Positions 1-9,658 of a stretch of 40,000 nucleotides of DNA are shown here, piece by piece (positions within the stretch are counted from its first letter, which is position 1; the number at the start of each line of letters is the position of its first letter). Source of the stretch: Serratia phage vB_SmaM-Yubaba. The stretch is from sequence record ON287375.1, one strand, 5' to 3'. Below the pieces are notes generated by a model. The model worked only from the letters and a program-made list of their open reading frames with translations. It did not search any database and was not told the DNA's origin. A program made the position numbers and the translations under genes.

Positions 1-29
1 ATCGTACTATTACGTCATTAGCTAATGCC

Positions 30-503
30 TTGTGTCTGAGTGAGAGTGCGATCAACGAAGTTTTTAACGGTGAGTGTAGCATTGGTAAATACTTTACATT
101 CGGACAGTTTGATCGTTTCTTCCAAACCAAAATTGGTTACTTTGCTAGCGTGTATGAGAATTGCAAGGTAATGATATTGAAAGAGGTTCAAGATATCCCA
201 CTTGAACCTGAATACATTCAGGTTCCATTCGACCTCATTCTGGATGCTTGTCATCTTGTTCATGAGATGTACCGTATTAAAGATCGCTTGGGTAATGGTT
301 GTAACCGAGTGTTTGAAAATAAAGAAACCGGCCAATCAGTCAGTGTTAGTTTTTACCGTATGAATGATATCAACGGTAATGACGATTTCGCTAAAGTTAA
401 GTATGGTGAATTCGAAATCAACTATAAGGCCGGAATGGTCCGCCTTTCCAACTATAAACTTATGGCATCTTACTTTGCCTACCATTTAGGAAAATCAGAA
501 TGA
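30..503 (+). CDS. hypothetical protein (possibly 5'-truncated by the window edge)
   Basis: Open frame reaches the window start; TTG at 30 is only a possible start; followed by ATG of the next gene at 500. Confidence 0.6.
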   Translation: MCLSESAINEVFNGECSIGKYFTFGQFDRFFQTKIGYFASVYENCKVMILKEVQDIPLEPEYIQVPFDLILDACHLVHEMYRIKDRLGNGCNRVFENKETGQSVSVSFYRMNDINGNDDFAKVKYGEFEINYKAGMVRLSNYKLMASYFAYHLGKSE

Positions 504-871
504 AAACCGTAACTATCTCACTTGAATTACTTCAGCGTTTAGTTGATGCAGCTTATGACTTTCACCCAGCTAACCCAGCGGCAGATGAAGGTCAGGAAAT
601 TATCAATAAAGCAACAGCAAGTAAAGCTGAAACCTTCAATGATAAATTCTTAGAAGAAGTTATTGTTGGCGAACGTCACCGGCAGTTAGAGATCGTTCGC
701 AATTGGTCTGAACAAAACGGTGTGGTATTAACAGCTAAACCTGCTGAAGGGTTTATGGTGGTCCCCACTAAGTTAGCTCGCGACGTCGTAGATCATATCT
801 CTGCAGGTCATGATCATTGCGATGAGTCTTTAGAATTACTTAACTTGGTTAAGGTAGCGGAAGGTAATTAA
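500..871 (+). CDS. hypothetical protein, 123 aa
   Basis: ORF overlaps the preceding stop by 4 nt, contiguous same-strand operon. Confidence 0.75.
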   Translation: MKTVTISLELLQRLVDAAYDFHPANPAADEGQEIINKATASKAETFNDKFLEEVIVGERHRQLEIVRNWSEQNGVVLTAKPAEGFMVVPTKLARDVVDHISAGHDHCDESLELLNLVKVAEGN

Positions 872-872
872 A

Positions 873-1262
873 ATGAGTATCACTATTTCTTTATTGATAT
901 CACTCTTAATCGGCTTTGGTTGTGGGTGTATAACCAAAGCTCTTTTGACCAAAAGAAAGGAACGTAAAGAAGAAGTTCAGCGAACAAAAGAACTTCTTAA
1001 AGAAACGGAACTTCCACCCAAAGCGTTACTGAACTCAATTGGCGTTCATCTTTATGCAGTGTGTTCCATCAAACAACTTAGGACATATGACGAGTGCCTT
1101 GAGTTTATTGAAGAACAACTCAATTGGTACCTACCTTTAGCTAAGGAGTTAACCTGGACAACCCACAATGCTGGGTTTAATAAGCTAGAGGTTATCGTCA
1201 AGTATAAAGGCGCAACCATGAAAGTGGAAATTGAACTCACTAAATCTAAAAGGAATATCTAA
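873..1262 (+). CDS. hypothetical membrane-anchored protein, 129 aa
   Basis: N-terminal hydrophobic segment ITISLLISLLIGFGCGCITKALL followed by a positively charged stretch KRKERK. Confidence 0.75.
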   Translation: MSITISLLISLLIGFGCGCITKALLTKRKERKEEVQRTKELLKETELPPKALLNSIGVHLYAVCSIKQLRTYDECLEFIEEQLNWYLPLAKELTWTTHNAGFNKLEVIVKYKGATMKVEIELTKSKRNI

Positions 1263-1263
1263 C

Positions 1264-1620
1264 ATGGCTCATTATTTAGAGATCGACCTGGTTCCTAAAG
1301 AACTAGTAGGTGAAAAGAAAAGCATCGGTTATTGTGATCTTGAATCCAAAGACATTCGAGGGGTATTTTCAGAACCCCGCACCACTGATCATAACGATGT
1401 TCTTCGTGGGATCTTTAAAGCTGATTGGGACGACTGTGATTATTATGTACTCACACCGGCATTGGTAGATGAGATCATTGCTAAATTCAGCAAAATGGAT
1501 CTTGAAGATCTGTTTATTGAAACCGATAAGCATGATCGCATCATGAAAGCAATGCGGGCTGTTCAGGATAACATCGAACCTAACTCAGAAGTCTGTTATG
1601 TAATTAGCTGGAGTAAATAG
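1264..1620 (+). CDS. hypothetical acidic protein
   Basis: In-frame ATG at 1264 (MAHYLEIDLV) immediately after the upstream stop; preferred over ORF start 1231. Confidence 0.7.
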   Translation: MAHYLEIDLVPKELVGEKKSIGYCDLESKDIRGVFSEPRTTDHNDVLRGIFKADWDDCDYYVLTPALVDEIIAKFSKMDLEDLFIETDKHDRIMKAMRAVQDNIEPNSEVCYVISWSK

Positions 1621-1976
1621 TGAGAACTTTAGAATCTTTCCGTGACGAGTTGTGTGAACTCACTGCACATGCTCTCGACAACCTGGTTATCCAAAACAAG
1701 CCAGAGTTTCAAACCGTTCAGAAACATAATGGCGGTGGTCCTGATAACCACGCGCCAACTGAAGTGACCTTTACTCGTGAAGGGCCTTTAGAAATTATCA
1801 CCATTCCTTTCTATGGTAAGGAAGTTAAACTACGCTTTAAGTTTGGTTATCCTCGTGACACTATCCCACAAGGCGTACTCGATCGTTTCAAAGATAACCG
1901 TGATAATAACGTGAAGAATATTGCAATAATGTTTAACCACGTTATCCATGAAGTGTTTGAAACACAACCTAAATAA
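1620..1976 (+). CDS. hypothetical protein, 118 aa
   Basis: GTG start overlapping the preceding TAG; operon context. Confidence 0.65.
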   Translation: MRTLESFRDELCELTAHALDNLVIQNKPEFQTVQKHNGGGPDNHAPTEVTFTREGPLEIITIPFYGKEVKLRFKFGYPRDTIPQGVLDRFKDNRDNNVKNIAIMFNHVIHEVFETQPK

Positions 1977-2009
1977 CACCATCTGACTAAACTGTATAAG
2001 GAAACGTAA

Positions 2010-2345
2010 GTGGAAACTAAAGCTGGAAACCGTTCTGTATCTAAAGGTATTCTGAAAGCTGCTATTCGTGATGGGATGTTGGAAGTTTATAAATCCAACC
2101 AACCAGTTGAACCTGAACTGGAAGTGGATACTATCCTGGGTAAGATGCGCTTTAAAACTCGCCCTACCTCCCCAGATGAAGTCACTATCATTTATCTTAA
2201 CGGTCACCGCCTTTACAAGATTTTGGTAGATTGCCGTCAGTCCCGTGATCGTATCGAATTCGCTCAACACATCGAAGAAAAACTCAGTCGTGAGTCCTTC
2301 GATCGTCAGTGCGACAAAGTTCTTGCTTATCCAGTTACCAAATAA
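2010..2345 (+). CDS. hypothetical protein, 111 aa
   Basis: GTG/ATG-started ORF preceded by AAGGAAACG; ends just before a terminator hairpin. Confidence 0.7.
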   Translation: METKAGNRSVSKGILKAAIRDGMLEVYKSNQPVEPELEVDTILGKMRFKTRPTSPDEVTIIYLNGHRLYKILVDCRQSRDRIEFAQHIEEKLSRESFDRQCDKVLAYPVTK

Positions 2346-2350
2346 CAACT

Positions 2351-2384
2351 AACCACTGCCCCCAAATGGAGGCAGTGGTTTTTA
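2351..2384 (+). terminator. Rho-independent terminator
   Basis: AACCACTGCCcCCaaatGGaGGCAGTGGTT then TTTTTA. Confidence 0.85.
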
Positions 2385-2402
2385 TGTTGCATATGTTTTT
2401 GA

Positions 2403-2427
2403 ATAGATATTATTCAAGTGAATGTAA
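2403..2427 (+). promoter_or_regulatory. putative phage (early-type) promoter
   Basis: ATAGATATTATTCAAGTGAATGTAA, member of a recurrent intergenic motif, directly after a terminator. Confidence 0.55.
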
Positions 2428-2453
2428 TAACATTAATTTTAAAGGAGTTCAAA

Positions 2454-3065
2454 ATGACTTTAATCAATAAAACTTTCGCACAACAGGCCAAAGACCAGGT
2501 AATTGAACATCTGGCCAAACAACTGGCTGGTAAAGCTAACAGCAATTTCTTTAACCTGAAAGATTCCAATATCGGAGTCAATATCCGCACTACTGCTAAC
2601 TCTCATACTAAACTGACTAAGTATGAGATTTATGTAGCTAACCAGATGGTGGGGTCTGGTACTGTTAGGTTTGATACTAAAATCATTCTTGATAAATCCC
2701 TGGCTGATACCTTAGCTGAAAATATCTTTGCTGTACTTCTCACCTATATCTCCAAAGAGTCCGGTGCCATTGAAGCAGTTGATAACATGCTTCGTGGTGT
2801 TACTACTTCTAATGAAGTTGAACATCCTTATGGAATTAATATCAAATTCCACACTGATGACGACCATCAGGTAATGATGCTGACTAAAGGTAAAGAAGTT
2901 CTTTATGCTTTAGAAGAAGCAGTGAATCTTGATCAAGGTATCGGCACTGATCTGTTCACTCCGATTGAACAACTGAAAGGCCGTATTGGTAAAGTTCTCC
3001 GTCACTATTCTGAACGAGAAGACTTTGCTGTAGAATATGAATTCGAACCTACTACCCAATTTTAA
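2454..3065 (+). CDS. hypothetical protein, ~203 aa
   Basis: ATG at 2454 with AAAGGAG ribosome-binding site; the ORF track start at 2418 lies next to the putative promoter. Confidence 0.8.
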   Translation: MTLINKTFAQQAKDQVIEHLAKQLAGKANSNFFNLKDSNIGVNIRTTANSHTKLTKYEIYVANQMVGSGTVRFDTKIILDKSLADTLAENIFAVLLTYISKESGAIEAVDNMLRGVTTSNEVEHPYGINIKFHTDDDHQVMMLTKGKEVLYALEEAVNLDQGIGTDLFTPIEQLKGRIGKVLRHYSEREDFAVEYEFEPTTQF

Positions 3066-3079
3066 TTTAAGGAAATAAA

Positions 3080-3712
3080 ATGATTGTTAATAAAGAGTGC
3101 CTGCGTAAGCTGGCAGAGTTGACTATCTCTCGTTTAATTATTGATGGAACTCAGATTGCTTGGTCTGGCGATTACCAGATCAATTTGCTGGACGGTAATA
3201 TTGATATCCTAATTGATGTCAAGTTATCTGAAGTTGGTGACTACGGTGTCCGTTTAGCACTTAACCACACCGGGACCACTATCGGAACAATCGTCATTAA
3301 AGATTGCCGGATGTTCAGCCGAGATGCACTGAAGGTTGAACTTTCTAAGTGGCGTGAACAAACTCAGAAATATCTGATTAATAACTTTGCCAAATGGCTG
3401 GTTAATCGTCATATCAAAAATGACCTGAATGTGAAACACTGGATCTGTGCTGCATCTACCGATGACCTAATCGGTTCAATGTTCCTTTCCGGTCTTCGCT
3501 TCAAAGCTAAGGTGAGATCGAATACTGCATGGTTCCAAGTTGAAGAAAACGATGTGGTACTCTACAGAGTAGAACGTTCCAATTTCCTGAACATGACAAC
3601 TGAGCAAGGTTGGCAGGGAATGAACATCAACACAGTAACTGCTGAACTGGGCCGAGTACTTGTGACCTTACTTGCTCAGCGTGAAGGTTTTCTTATTCCG
3701 GTCGTTATGTAA
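3080..3712 (+). CDS. hypothetical protein, 210 aa
   Basis: ATG with AAGGAAAT upstream, operon context. Confidence 0.75.
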   Translation: MIVNKECLRKLAELTISRLIIDGTQIAWSGDYQINLLDGNIDILIDVKLSEVGDYGVRLALNHTGTTIGTIVIKDCRMFSRDALKVELSKWREQTQKYLINNFAKWLVNRHIKNDLNVKHWICAASTDDLIGSMFLSGLRFKAKVRSNTAWFQVEENDVVLYRVERSNFLNMTTEQGWQGMNINTVTAELGRVLVTLLAQREGFLIPVVM

Positions 3713-4032
3713 TGGCTATACCTAAGAAACATCTCCCAAGGGTTACTAAATTCGTCGAGATTGTTTTGGGTATGGTAGTAAGAGAAGAATTGGCTCATTG
3801 CTTTTATAAGCGCGGGCCCTTAGATTCCAATTACGTATTGGTTATCAGTAACAACGTTCTTCTCCCTCCCTATAACGACGATCGTATTGAGTTCTTTGCC
3901 CAAGTTAATGATAAGAAGGTTGGTCCTTTCACAATCACTGGCGAAGACTTAGCTAAACATAATCTTGATCCTAAACTGGTTAAAGAAGTTGTAGATGGGA
4001 TCATGAAAATTCGCATTAAGGAAATGAAATGA
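3712..4032 (+). CDS. hypothetical protein, 106 aa
   Basis: ATG overlaps preceding stop (TAATG). Confidence 0.7.
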   Translation: MAIPKKHLPRVTKFVEIVLGMVVREELAHCFYKRGPLDSNYVLVISNNVLLPPYNDDRIEFFAQVNDKKVGPFTITGEDLAKHNLDPKLVKEVVDGIMKIRIKEMK

Positions 4033-4745
4033 AACTAACAGTTAAAGCTTTGATGAAGATGGAAGATACCTTCATCAACATGGTTCGTGATGTTGCCAAT
4101 GAAATGATTGAACTCGGACGAAGCGATGACCAGAGCGATGTTAAACGCCACACCATCAGTTTCGATAAAGCCGGTGAAATTAACATCGATTTCTACATCT
4201 CCAACAATCCCCTGCACCGAATGCTGTCGGTTGAAATGGCAGCTGATGTAAGGGCATGTGTTCACATCCCTTATCGTGGTCCTTACTTATTCACTATCGG
4301 TGAGAAAGAAATTGAATCCGGTAAGGTAGAACATGCCGAAGTAGTTGACTGTGCTAAACGCTTGATGCGTGAATATGCTTTAGGCATGGCATGTTACTGG
4401 ATGGAAGAAACGGGTGATTTGAAACGAGCCCTTGAATATATGGATAACGATGATCCAACCTCCATCAGAGAAATGATGGACGGAATGATTGATATCCATA
4501 TTAATGATACTGGTTGTTCTATCGCCCTGTTTGAACATAGCGGCAAGCCAATTGCAACTGACGCTAAATTTGATAGTGTCGGACTAAATGGTGCCAAAAG
4601 CAAAGAAGTATACAGACACTTCATTAAAAATCGTCTGAAAACATACATGGCCTTTGGTTGTGCCTTTAGCGGTCACTACGATATCTGGTCTGCACCACTC
4701 ACTAAAACTTTGAAGGAATACAACGATGATCACTCTGCAGAATAA
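4029..4745 (+). CDS. hypothetical protein, 238 aa
   Basis: ATGA overlap with preceding gene. Confidence 0.75.
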   Translation: MKLTVKALMKMEDTFINMVRDVANEMIELGRSDDQSDVKRHTISFDKAGEINIDFYISNNPLHRMLSVEMAADVRACVHIPYRGPYLFTIGEKEIESGKVEHAEVVDCAKRLMREYALGMACYWMEETGDLKRALEYMDNDDPTSIREMMDGMIDIHINDTGCSIALFEHSGKPIATDAKFDSVGLNGAKSKEVYRHFIKNRLKTYMAFGCAFSGHYDIWSAPLTKTLKEYNDDHSAE

Positions 4746-5187
4746 ACTCGCTATCCTGTTCGCCAATGAAACTGATCGTTCCGATCTGGAAACTGCGAAC
4801 TTGAGCACCCGCACTAATGCCATCCGTCGCATGTTGCGCGACATGATTACCCAGTCTTCTGCATTGGGTTATGACGATTTGGAAGAAGGTGCTGAACTGA
4901 TTACTGAACAGGAAATGACTTCCGGCGTGCCGGTAACTTTCGATTTACTACAGGTTGATAATCCATTAGTAATCCGGGCGACAATCCAGCGTTATGGTAA
5001 TGCGGGTAGCAACTACGTCACTTTGAACATTGAAGTTCTTCTGTCCGAACGTAAGTCCACCTACCTCCAACAGTATTACGTAACCAATTTGTTCGTCGAA
5101 TCGGTATCACTTTCTCGCCTGTGGAAACGTATGGATCGTATTATGAAGGACATCCCTTCACTGGTCGCACCCCTGCTGGCTAACTAA
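4726..5187 (+). CDS. hypothetical protein, 153 aa
   Basis: ORF overlaps preceding 3' end by 20 nt. Confidence 0.7.
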   Translation: MITLQNKLAILFANETDRSDLETANLSTRTNAIRRMLRDMITQSSALGYDDLEEGAELITEQEMTSGVPVTFDLLQVDNPLVIRATIQRYGNAGSNYVTLNIEVLLSERKSTYLQQYYVTNLFVESVSLSRLWKRMDRIMKDIPSLVAPLLAN

Positions 5188-5238
5188 TAAATCTAGGGGA
5201 GTTTCCTCCCCTAACTTAAATCAATCAGGAATATAGAA

Positions 5239-5565
5239 ATGAAAATCGCTTCAGAAAAGATTACTCGCACTATCGTTAAACATGCCAATACCTTCGCTCA
5301 GTTTGACTCTAAACTGGGTTCTACTATTTCCCTGATGCTGCGCGATGGTGATACTAATCGTTGCCTGCAATCCAAACTCTACGGTTATAACTCTTCTCAA
5401 ACCGGGATCATTATCGAAGTTCGTATTGACGGTCTGTTGTTAGATCGTGTAACTCTGACCCGTAAACATGCACAGGGGGATTTTGAACACAAGTACAAAA
5501 TCGACTATGCTAAACTGTACCACATTGCAGCCAAAGCTCCAAAGAAGGCTCCAGTAGACGAATAA
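5239..5565 (+). CDS. hypothetical protein, 108 aa
   Basis: ATG with upstream AGGAATAT; operon context. Confidence 0.7.
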   Translation: MKIASEKITRTIVKHANTFAQFDSKLGSTISLMLRDGDTNRCLQSKLYGYNSSQTGIIIEVRIDGLLLDRVTLTRKHAQGDFEHKYKIDYAKLYHIAAKAPKKAPVDE

Positions 5566-5574
5566 GGTTGAGAT

Positions 5575-6033
5575 ATGCAACGATATGAATTCGCTATTGA
5601 GAAGGGTACGCTAGTGGTACACGATCAGGTGACTAATGGATCGTTGCGTATCATTTTCAAACCGTTAGGTAAGCCAGAAATCAATCCTGCTTTAGAAGCC
5701 TGGAATGATTTAGAAACTGCACTTAACTCAGGTAAGTTAATCCTGGGTTTGTTTGGTGTTAACACAATTACCGAACGTAAGGGCTTTAAGTTAGAAGGTG
5801 AGGTCGTGCTGTCATCATCTCACCTTTATGACTGTGAAGTTCGCAATGGTAATTTACACATGGTGTCTTTCAAACAGAAAGCACTTATCTCAGAATCCAC
5901 ATTGCGATATATGGGTTCTAACAGATTCGGTTTAGTAGCATTTAAAGATTGCTTCTTCAAAACCAACCCTGAGACTGGTTACTTTAAAAGAACCACCTCT
6001 TACTTTAAAAACGAATTAGTGACTGGAGTCTAA
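5575..6033 (+). CDS. hypothetical protein, putative paralog of 6035-6538 product
   Basis: Shared layout INPALEAWNDLETALNSGKLILGLFG vs LNPTIEIINELSEQLAEQRLILQLIG. Confidence 0.7.
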   Translation: MQRYEFAIEKGTLVVHDQVTNGSLRIIFKPLGKPEINPALEAWNDLETALNSGKLILGLFGVNTITERKGFKLEGEVVLSSSHLYDCEVRNGNLHMVSFKQKALISESTLRYMGSNRFGLVAFKDCFFKTNPETGYFKRTTSYFKNELVTGV

Positions 6034-6034
6034 A

Positions 6035-6538
6035 ATGAAAAATACCCCTATTGGTCGTTGGAATGTAATCCTTGATGGTAAACTGATCAAAGTCATTGAT
6101 CGCCAAACTGGTGGTGAATTGAATATCCACACTACCCACCACGATGACCCAGGCGAGAATGATCTCAATCCGACTATCGAGATCATCAATGAACTCTCTG
6201 AACAATTGGCCGAACAGCGCCTGATTCTTCAGCTGATCGGTAAAGAAAACAACATCTATGTAACCGGAACTAATATGGTTCTGGACGGTAGCCTTTCTCT
6301 GCATCGCGTTGATCTTGCTAACCCGCACCTTACTGATGTGGAGCTTCGTATTGTGGATACTCGCGAAGCTAAACAAGTTCGCATGAACAAAACGACCATG
6401 TATGAATTCACTTCACCTAAGCTTGAAGGTGAACTTCATATTTCACACTGCCATTACACTGGTGTAGCTAAACCGCGTGTTACTTCTTCCCGCACTGAGT
6501 TCTATCTGAACGAATGCCGTAATGGAGATATGTGGTAA
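6035..6538 (+). CDS. hypothetical protein, putative paralog of 5575-6033 product
   Basis: See 5575-6033. Confidence 0.7.
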   Translation: MKNTPIGRWNVILDGKLIKVIDRQTGGELNIHTTHHDDPGENDLNPTIEIINELSEQLAEQRLILQLIGKENNIYVTGTNMVLDGSLSLHRVDLANPHLTDVELRIVDTREAKQVRMNKTTMYEFTSPKLEGELHISHCHYTGVAKPRVTSSRTEFYLNECRNGDMW

Positions 6539-6864
6539 TGACTAAAGAACTAGAATTTCTAGTTCACTTTACAAAACCGCTGATCGAATCCATCCACTCC
6601 CATGTTGGGGTGGATGGTTATGTGGTTTGTATGCACAAGCTACCGAACAAAGGCTTGGATCGTAAAGAAAGACTAGAAAGACATTTCTATGATTTCCTTG
6701 ATTGGAATGGTTACCAAATAGGTTATTGTTACAACATAATCGAAGGGTTCCCGGTCCGTGTTTTAAATTCGCTTCGTATTCTTAAAGATGCTGGTTGCAT
6801 TAGGGGATACGATATAGATGATAAAGGTATCATCGGTTACTGTGAGGAAGATGAAGATGACTGA
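6538..6864 (+). CDS. hypothetical protein, acidic C-terminus (EEDEDD)
   Basis: TAATG coupling with preceding gene; in-frame ATG at 6538. Confidence 0.65.
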   Translation: MTKELEFLVHFTKPLIESIHSHVGVDGYVVCMHKLPNKGLDRKERLERHFYDFLDWNGYQIGYCYNIIEGFPVRVLNSLRILKDAGCIRGYDIDDKGIIGYCEEDEDD

Positions 6865-8734
6865 TACAGCTAAACGTTTAATTGAAGCAATCCTGAAATT
6901 CAAATCTATTTTTACATTCCCCGATCATGGTGGTGAGAATGTAAATCTGGAAGCCATCATCAAAAATTTTGGTTTTGTTGAAACCGGGTATTTACAAAAT
7001 AGTGGTTCTTTAAAATGTGATTACGGTTATCTTATAACCCTGATTGATAATGCGATCAAGTCCCGTAATGGTTCAATCTTAATTGACATTATTAAAGAAG
7101 CCGGTAAGAATGTCAATATATCCCCGCAATACTTAATGGAGCAGTTCGATGAGCTATTCTCAGATGCGGGACTTCAGTTATTCGAATCAGAAGGTAAACT
7201 GTTTGACGTCCCTAGTAAATATCGTACTGGCGAAGGTTGTTCTTCAGGTGAAGAAGCCATAGAGAAAGCAGTCGGGTGTCTCAAAGATATTCAACTCGGT
7301 ACTATGACATATGGAACACTCAAACGTAAAGCTAAAATAGTTTACAATATTTTCCATGTATATGCTCATCTTCAGACTGAAATCCTGACTAAAGCCTTTA
7401 CCCCATTATGGGTGAATAACTTCAGAGGTAAAGATTTCTCTACCTTTAAAGAAGCTATCGATAATGCTATTGATGGTATCAGAATACTGGCAGCAGAAAC
7501 TAAATATGCTCGTGAAGAATCACCGTATATTTATTTCCAAGGCACTGCTCATCTCACTGGGCCTTGCGCGGTACACTCATCTACTGATCCAGATGAGGAG
7601 ATCGAGTTACTGAAAACTATTATGCTCGATACTTCGATCAAAGGAAACGAAGCTTTTACAAAAGCGATTACCTTTATTCATCGTAGTATCTTCCAGAAGG
7701 AAATATATACATTCCTTACTGGTGAGTTTGAAGAGAATGAAACGCACTGGACTGTTGATGCACGTCAACGTTCAGACTTTGTTCATAACTTAGTCGGACG
7801 TTATATGGAACAGCACCGTAAACCATACCCGCCTGAGGTTGAACCAAAGCCACTGACCTCCCGATACAATATGCAAGATCGCGATCTTAAACCAACTCAA
7901 TCTAAGGAAGAAACCATGTCTACTCAACAAGAAATTTTCAAAATCCTGTCCGGTACTAGTAGTCTGAAAGAAATCATTGAATTCCTGAAAAACGCTAAAT
8001 CGGAAGACATTACCCAAGTACAGAAAGTTTGTGGTGATGATGTTAGTATCCAATCTGGACTGATTCATTCCATGATGGAACGTTATTTCGGCAAAGGCGA
8101 TTTTGCTGAAGGTCTGGTCGAACGTCTCAAACAAGCTTCTCAACCAGGGACCCCTAAAATCCAGATCTCTGGACCTGATGGTGATATGTTATCCCAACTG
8201 AAAGAAATGTTTGGTGATGATTGTGTTATTGTTCCTATTTCTCAGGGCGATAATATTTCAGAAGTTCTCGCTAATGTGATGAAGGAACAACAACCTCAGG
8301 TAAAAACCGAGGTCAAATCTGATGAAGTTGAAGCGCGTCGCGCCAAGTGGGGAAAAGCTTTGGGTGTTACCGATCCAGAGATTCTCGATCTTCTAACGGA
8401 AGCTGTTATCAAAGACATTAATAAAGAATCGACCAAGGTGATTAAAACACCAATCAAACATTCACGTCATATGTCTTTCAATGTTCTTAATAGTAATCGT
8501 GAACCTGAAGTTCGGTATACCGGAGTATGGGATGAATCAGTATCCCAATTGGTAGTGTGTTTCCAAACTTTAGACCATAAACATCCTAAGCACGCCTTTA
8601 CTGCCAAATTCCAATCATTCAGTGATGCCGCTACTGCATTCACTGAAATCTCTAAAGGTGTCGGCGTAATGCCAGTCATGGATGTTATCGAATTTGCAGT
8701 TGGTGCGCTTAACGGTGAGATCTTATCTCGCTAA
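6857..8734 (+). CDS. large hypothetical phage protein, ~625 aa
   Basis: ATG at 6857 preceded by GAGGAAG, overlapping preceding stop; single long rightward ORF. Confidence 0.8.
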   Translation: MTDTAKRLIEAILKFKSIFTFPDHGGENVNLEAIIKNFGFVETGYLQNSGSLKCDYGYLITLIDNAIKSRNGSILIDIIKEAGKNVNISPQYLMEQFDELFSDAGLQLFESEGKLFDVPSKYRTGEGCSSGEEAIEKAVGCLKDIQLGTMTYGTLKRKAKIVYNIFHVYAHLQTEILTKAFTPLWVNNFRGKDFSTFKEAIDNAIDGIRILAAETKYAREESPYIYFQGTAHLTGPCAVHSSTDPDEEIELLKTIMLDTSIKGNEAFTKAITFIHRSIFQKEIYTFLTGEFEENETHWTVDARQRSDFVHNLVGRYMEQHRKPYPPEVEPKPLTSRYNMQDRDLKPTQSKEETMSTQQEIFKILSGTSSLKEIIEFLKNAKSEDITQVQKVCGDDVSIQSGLIHSMMERYFGKGDFAEGLVERLKQASQPGTPKIQISGPDGDMLSQLKEMFGDDCVIVPISQGDNISEVLANVMKEQQPQVKTEVKSDEVEARRAKWGKALGVTDPEILDLLTEAVIKDINKESTKVIKTPIKHSRHMSFNVLNSNREPEVRYTGVWDESVSQLVVCFQTLDHKHPKHAFTAKFQSFSDAATAFTEISKGVGVMPVMDVIEFAVGALNGEILSR

Positions 8735-8752
8735 TTAAAATAAGTAATAATA

Positions 8753-8780
8753 CTCTAGGTACCCAATTGGGTACCTAGAG
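8753..8780. repeat. perfect 28-nt palindrome
   Basis: CTCTAGGTACCCAATTGGGTACCTAGAG; hairpin/dyad between operons, no immediate U-tract. Confidence 0.9.
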
Positions 8781-8826
8781 GTTACACTTCAATGTTATTT
8801 TTTTGGGAAGGGTATAAAATTTCAAA

Positions 8827-8848
8827 CAAATATTATCACCATGTATAA
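8827..8848 (+). promoter_or_regulatory. putative phage (early-type) promoter
   Basis: CAAATATTATCACCATGTATAA upstream of CDS 8866, matches recurrent motif. Confidence 0.5.
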
Positions 8849-8865
8849 AGTGGAGATTTGAATTT

Positions 8866-9306
8866 ATGAGTGTAGATATTGAACCAGTAGTGGATCAAGT
8901 ATGTGGGGGTGTGAATGTAATCATGCAATCCATCAGGGATAAGATATCTGATCAATTCTTAAACCCATGTGCTTATCTAAATACATCTATTAAAAATCTT
9001 TACATGGTCATTGGTAAAATGCAGATCAATGAACCTGGGCTATTAGCCTATTTTACAATAGGTTTCCAAACTCCCAAGCATAAACATGTGACGGATGTGA
9101 TGGAAGTAGCTTATACAAGTACAGGGATTTTCTATAGATTCGGTGGGGTTAGTATTCACACTGTAAATATGGATACTAATGAAAGCATGTCCACTCAAGA
9201 GCAAGTGAACTGGATTAAAATAATCGTTCAGTCTAATGCTGAATTATTAACAGTTCTAAAAGCTAATGAGGAATTAAATAATGGGAATAAGAAAAACAGT
9301 AAATGA
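8866..9306 (+). CDS. hypothetical protein, 146 aa
   Basis: First ORF after palindrome/promoter-like region. Confidence 0.7.
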   Translation: MSVDIEPVVDQVCGGVNVIMQSIRDKISDQFLNPCAYLNTSIKNLYMVIGKMQINEPGLLAYFTIGFQTPKHKHVTDVMEVAYTSTGIFYRFGGVSIHTVNMDTNESMSTQEQVNWIKIIVQSNAELLTVLKANEELNNGNKKNSK

Positions 9307-9658
9307 GATTCTGGAGGACGCAGCATTTCTAAGACAACCAAAAGCTTATAAAGATGTGTACTTTATAAAGGTACTTAACCCTGGAGATCGTAAAAGTATC
9401 TTTGTAAGTTTCAGGTACAAAATAGCTTCTGATATATGTTTGATCTGCCGTACTGAAATCAATCTGGAATATCCAGAAAAGAACACAAGTATCGCAATCA
9501 GCATACTGAAGATAAGAGAACGTGAATCATTCACCTTCTTCCGCAAACGTCAAGCAATTGTCGGACGATCTATTATCGAGATTCTCCAGAAAACAGTTGC
9601 CCCGTTATTAATAGATAAAATCACTAAAGTAAAGGAAATGAATAATGTCAATCGATAA
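9281..9658 (+). CDS. hypothetical protein, 125 aa
   Basis: Overlapping ATG, operon context. Confidence 0.7.
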   Translation: MGIRKTVNEILEDAAFLRQPKAYKDVYFIKVLNPGDRKSIFVSFRYKIASDICLICRTEINLEYPEKNTSIAISILKIRERESFTFFRKRQAIVGRSIIEILQKTVAPLLIDKITKVKEMNNVNR

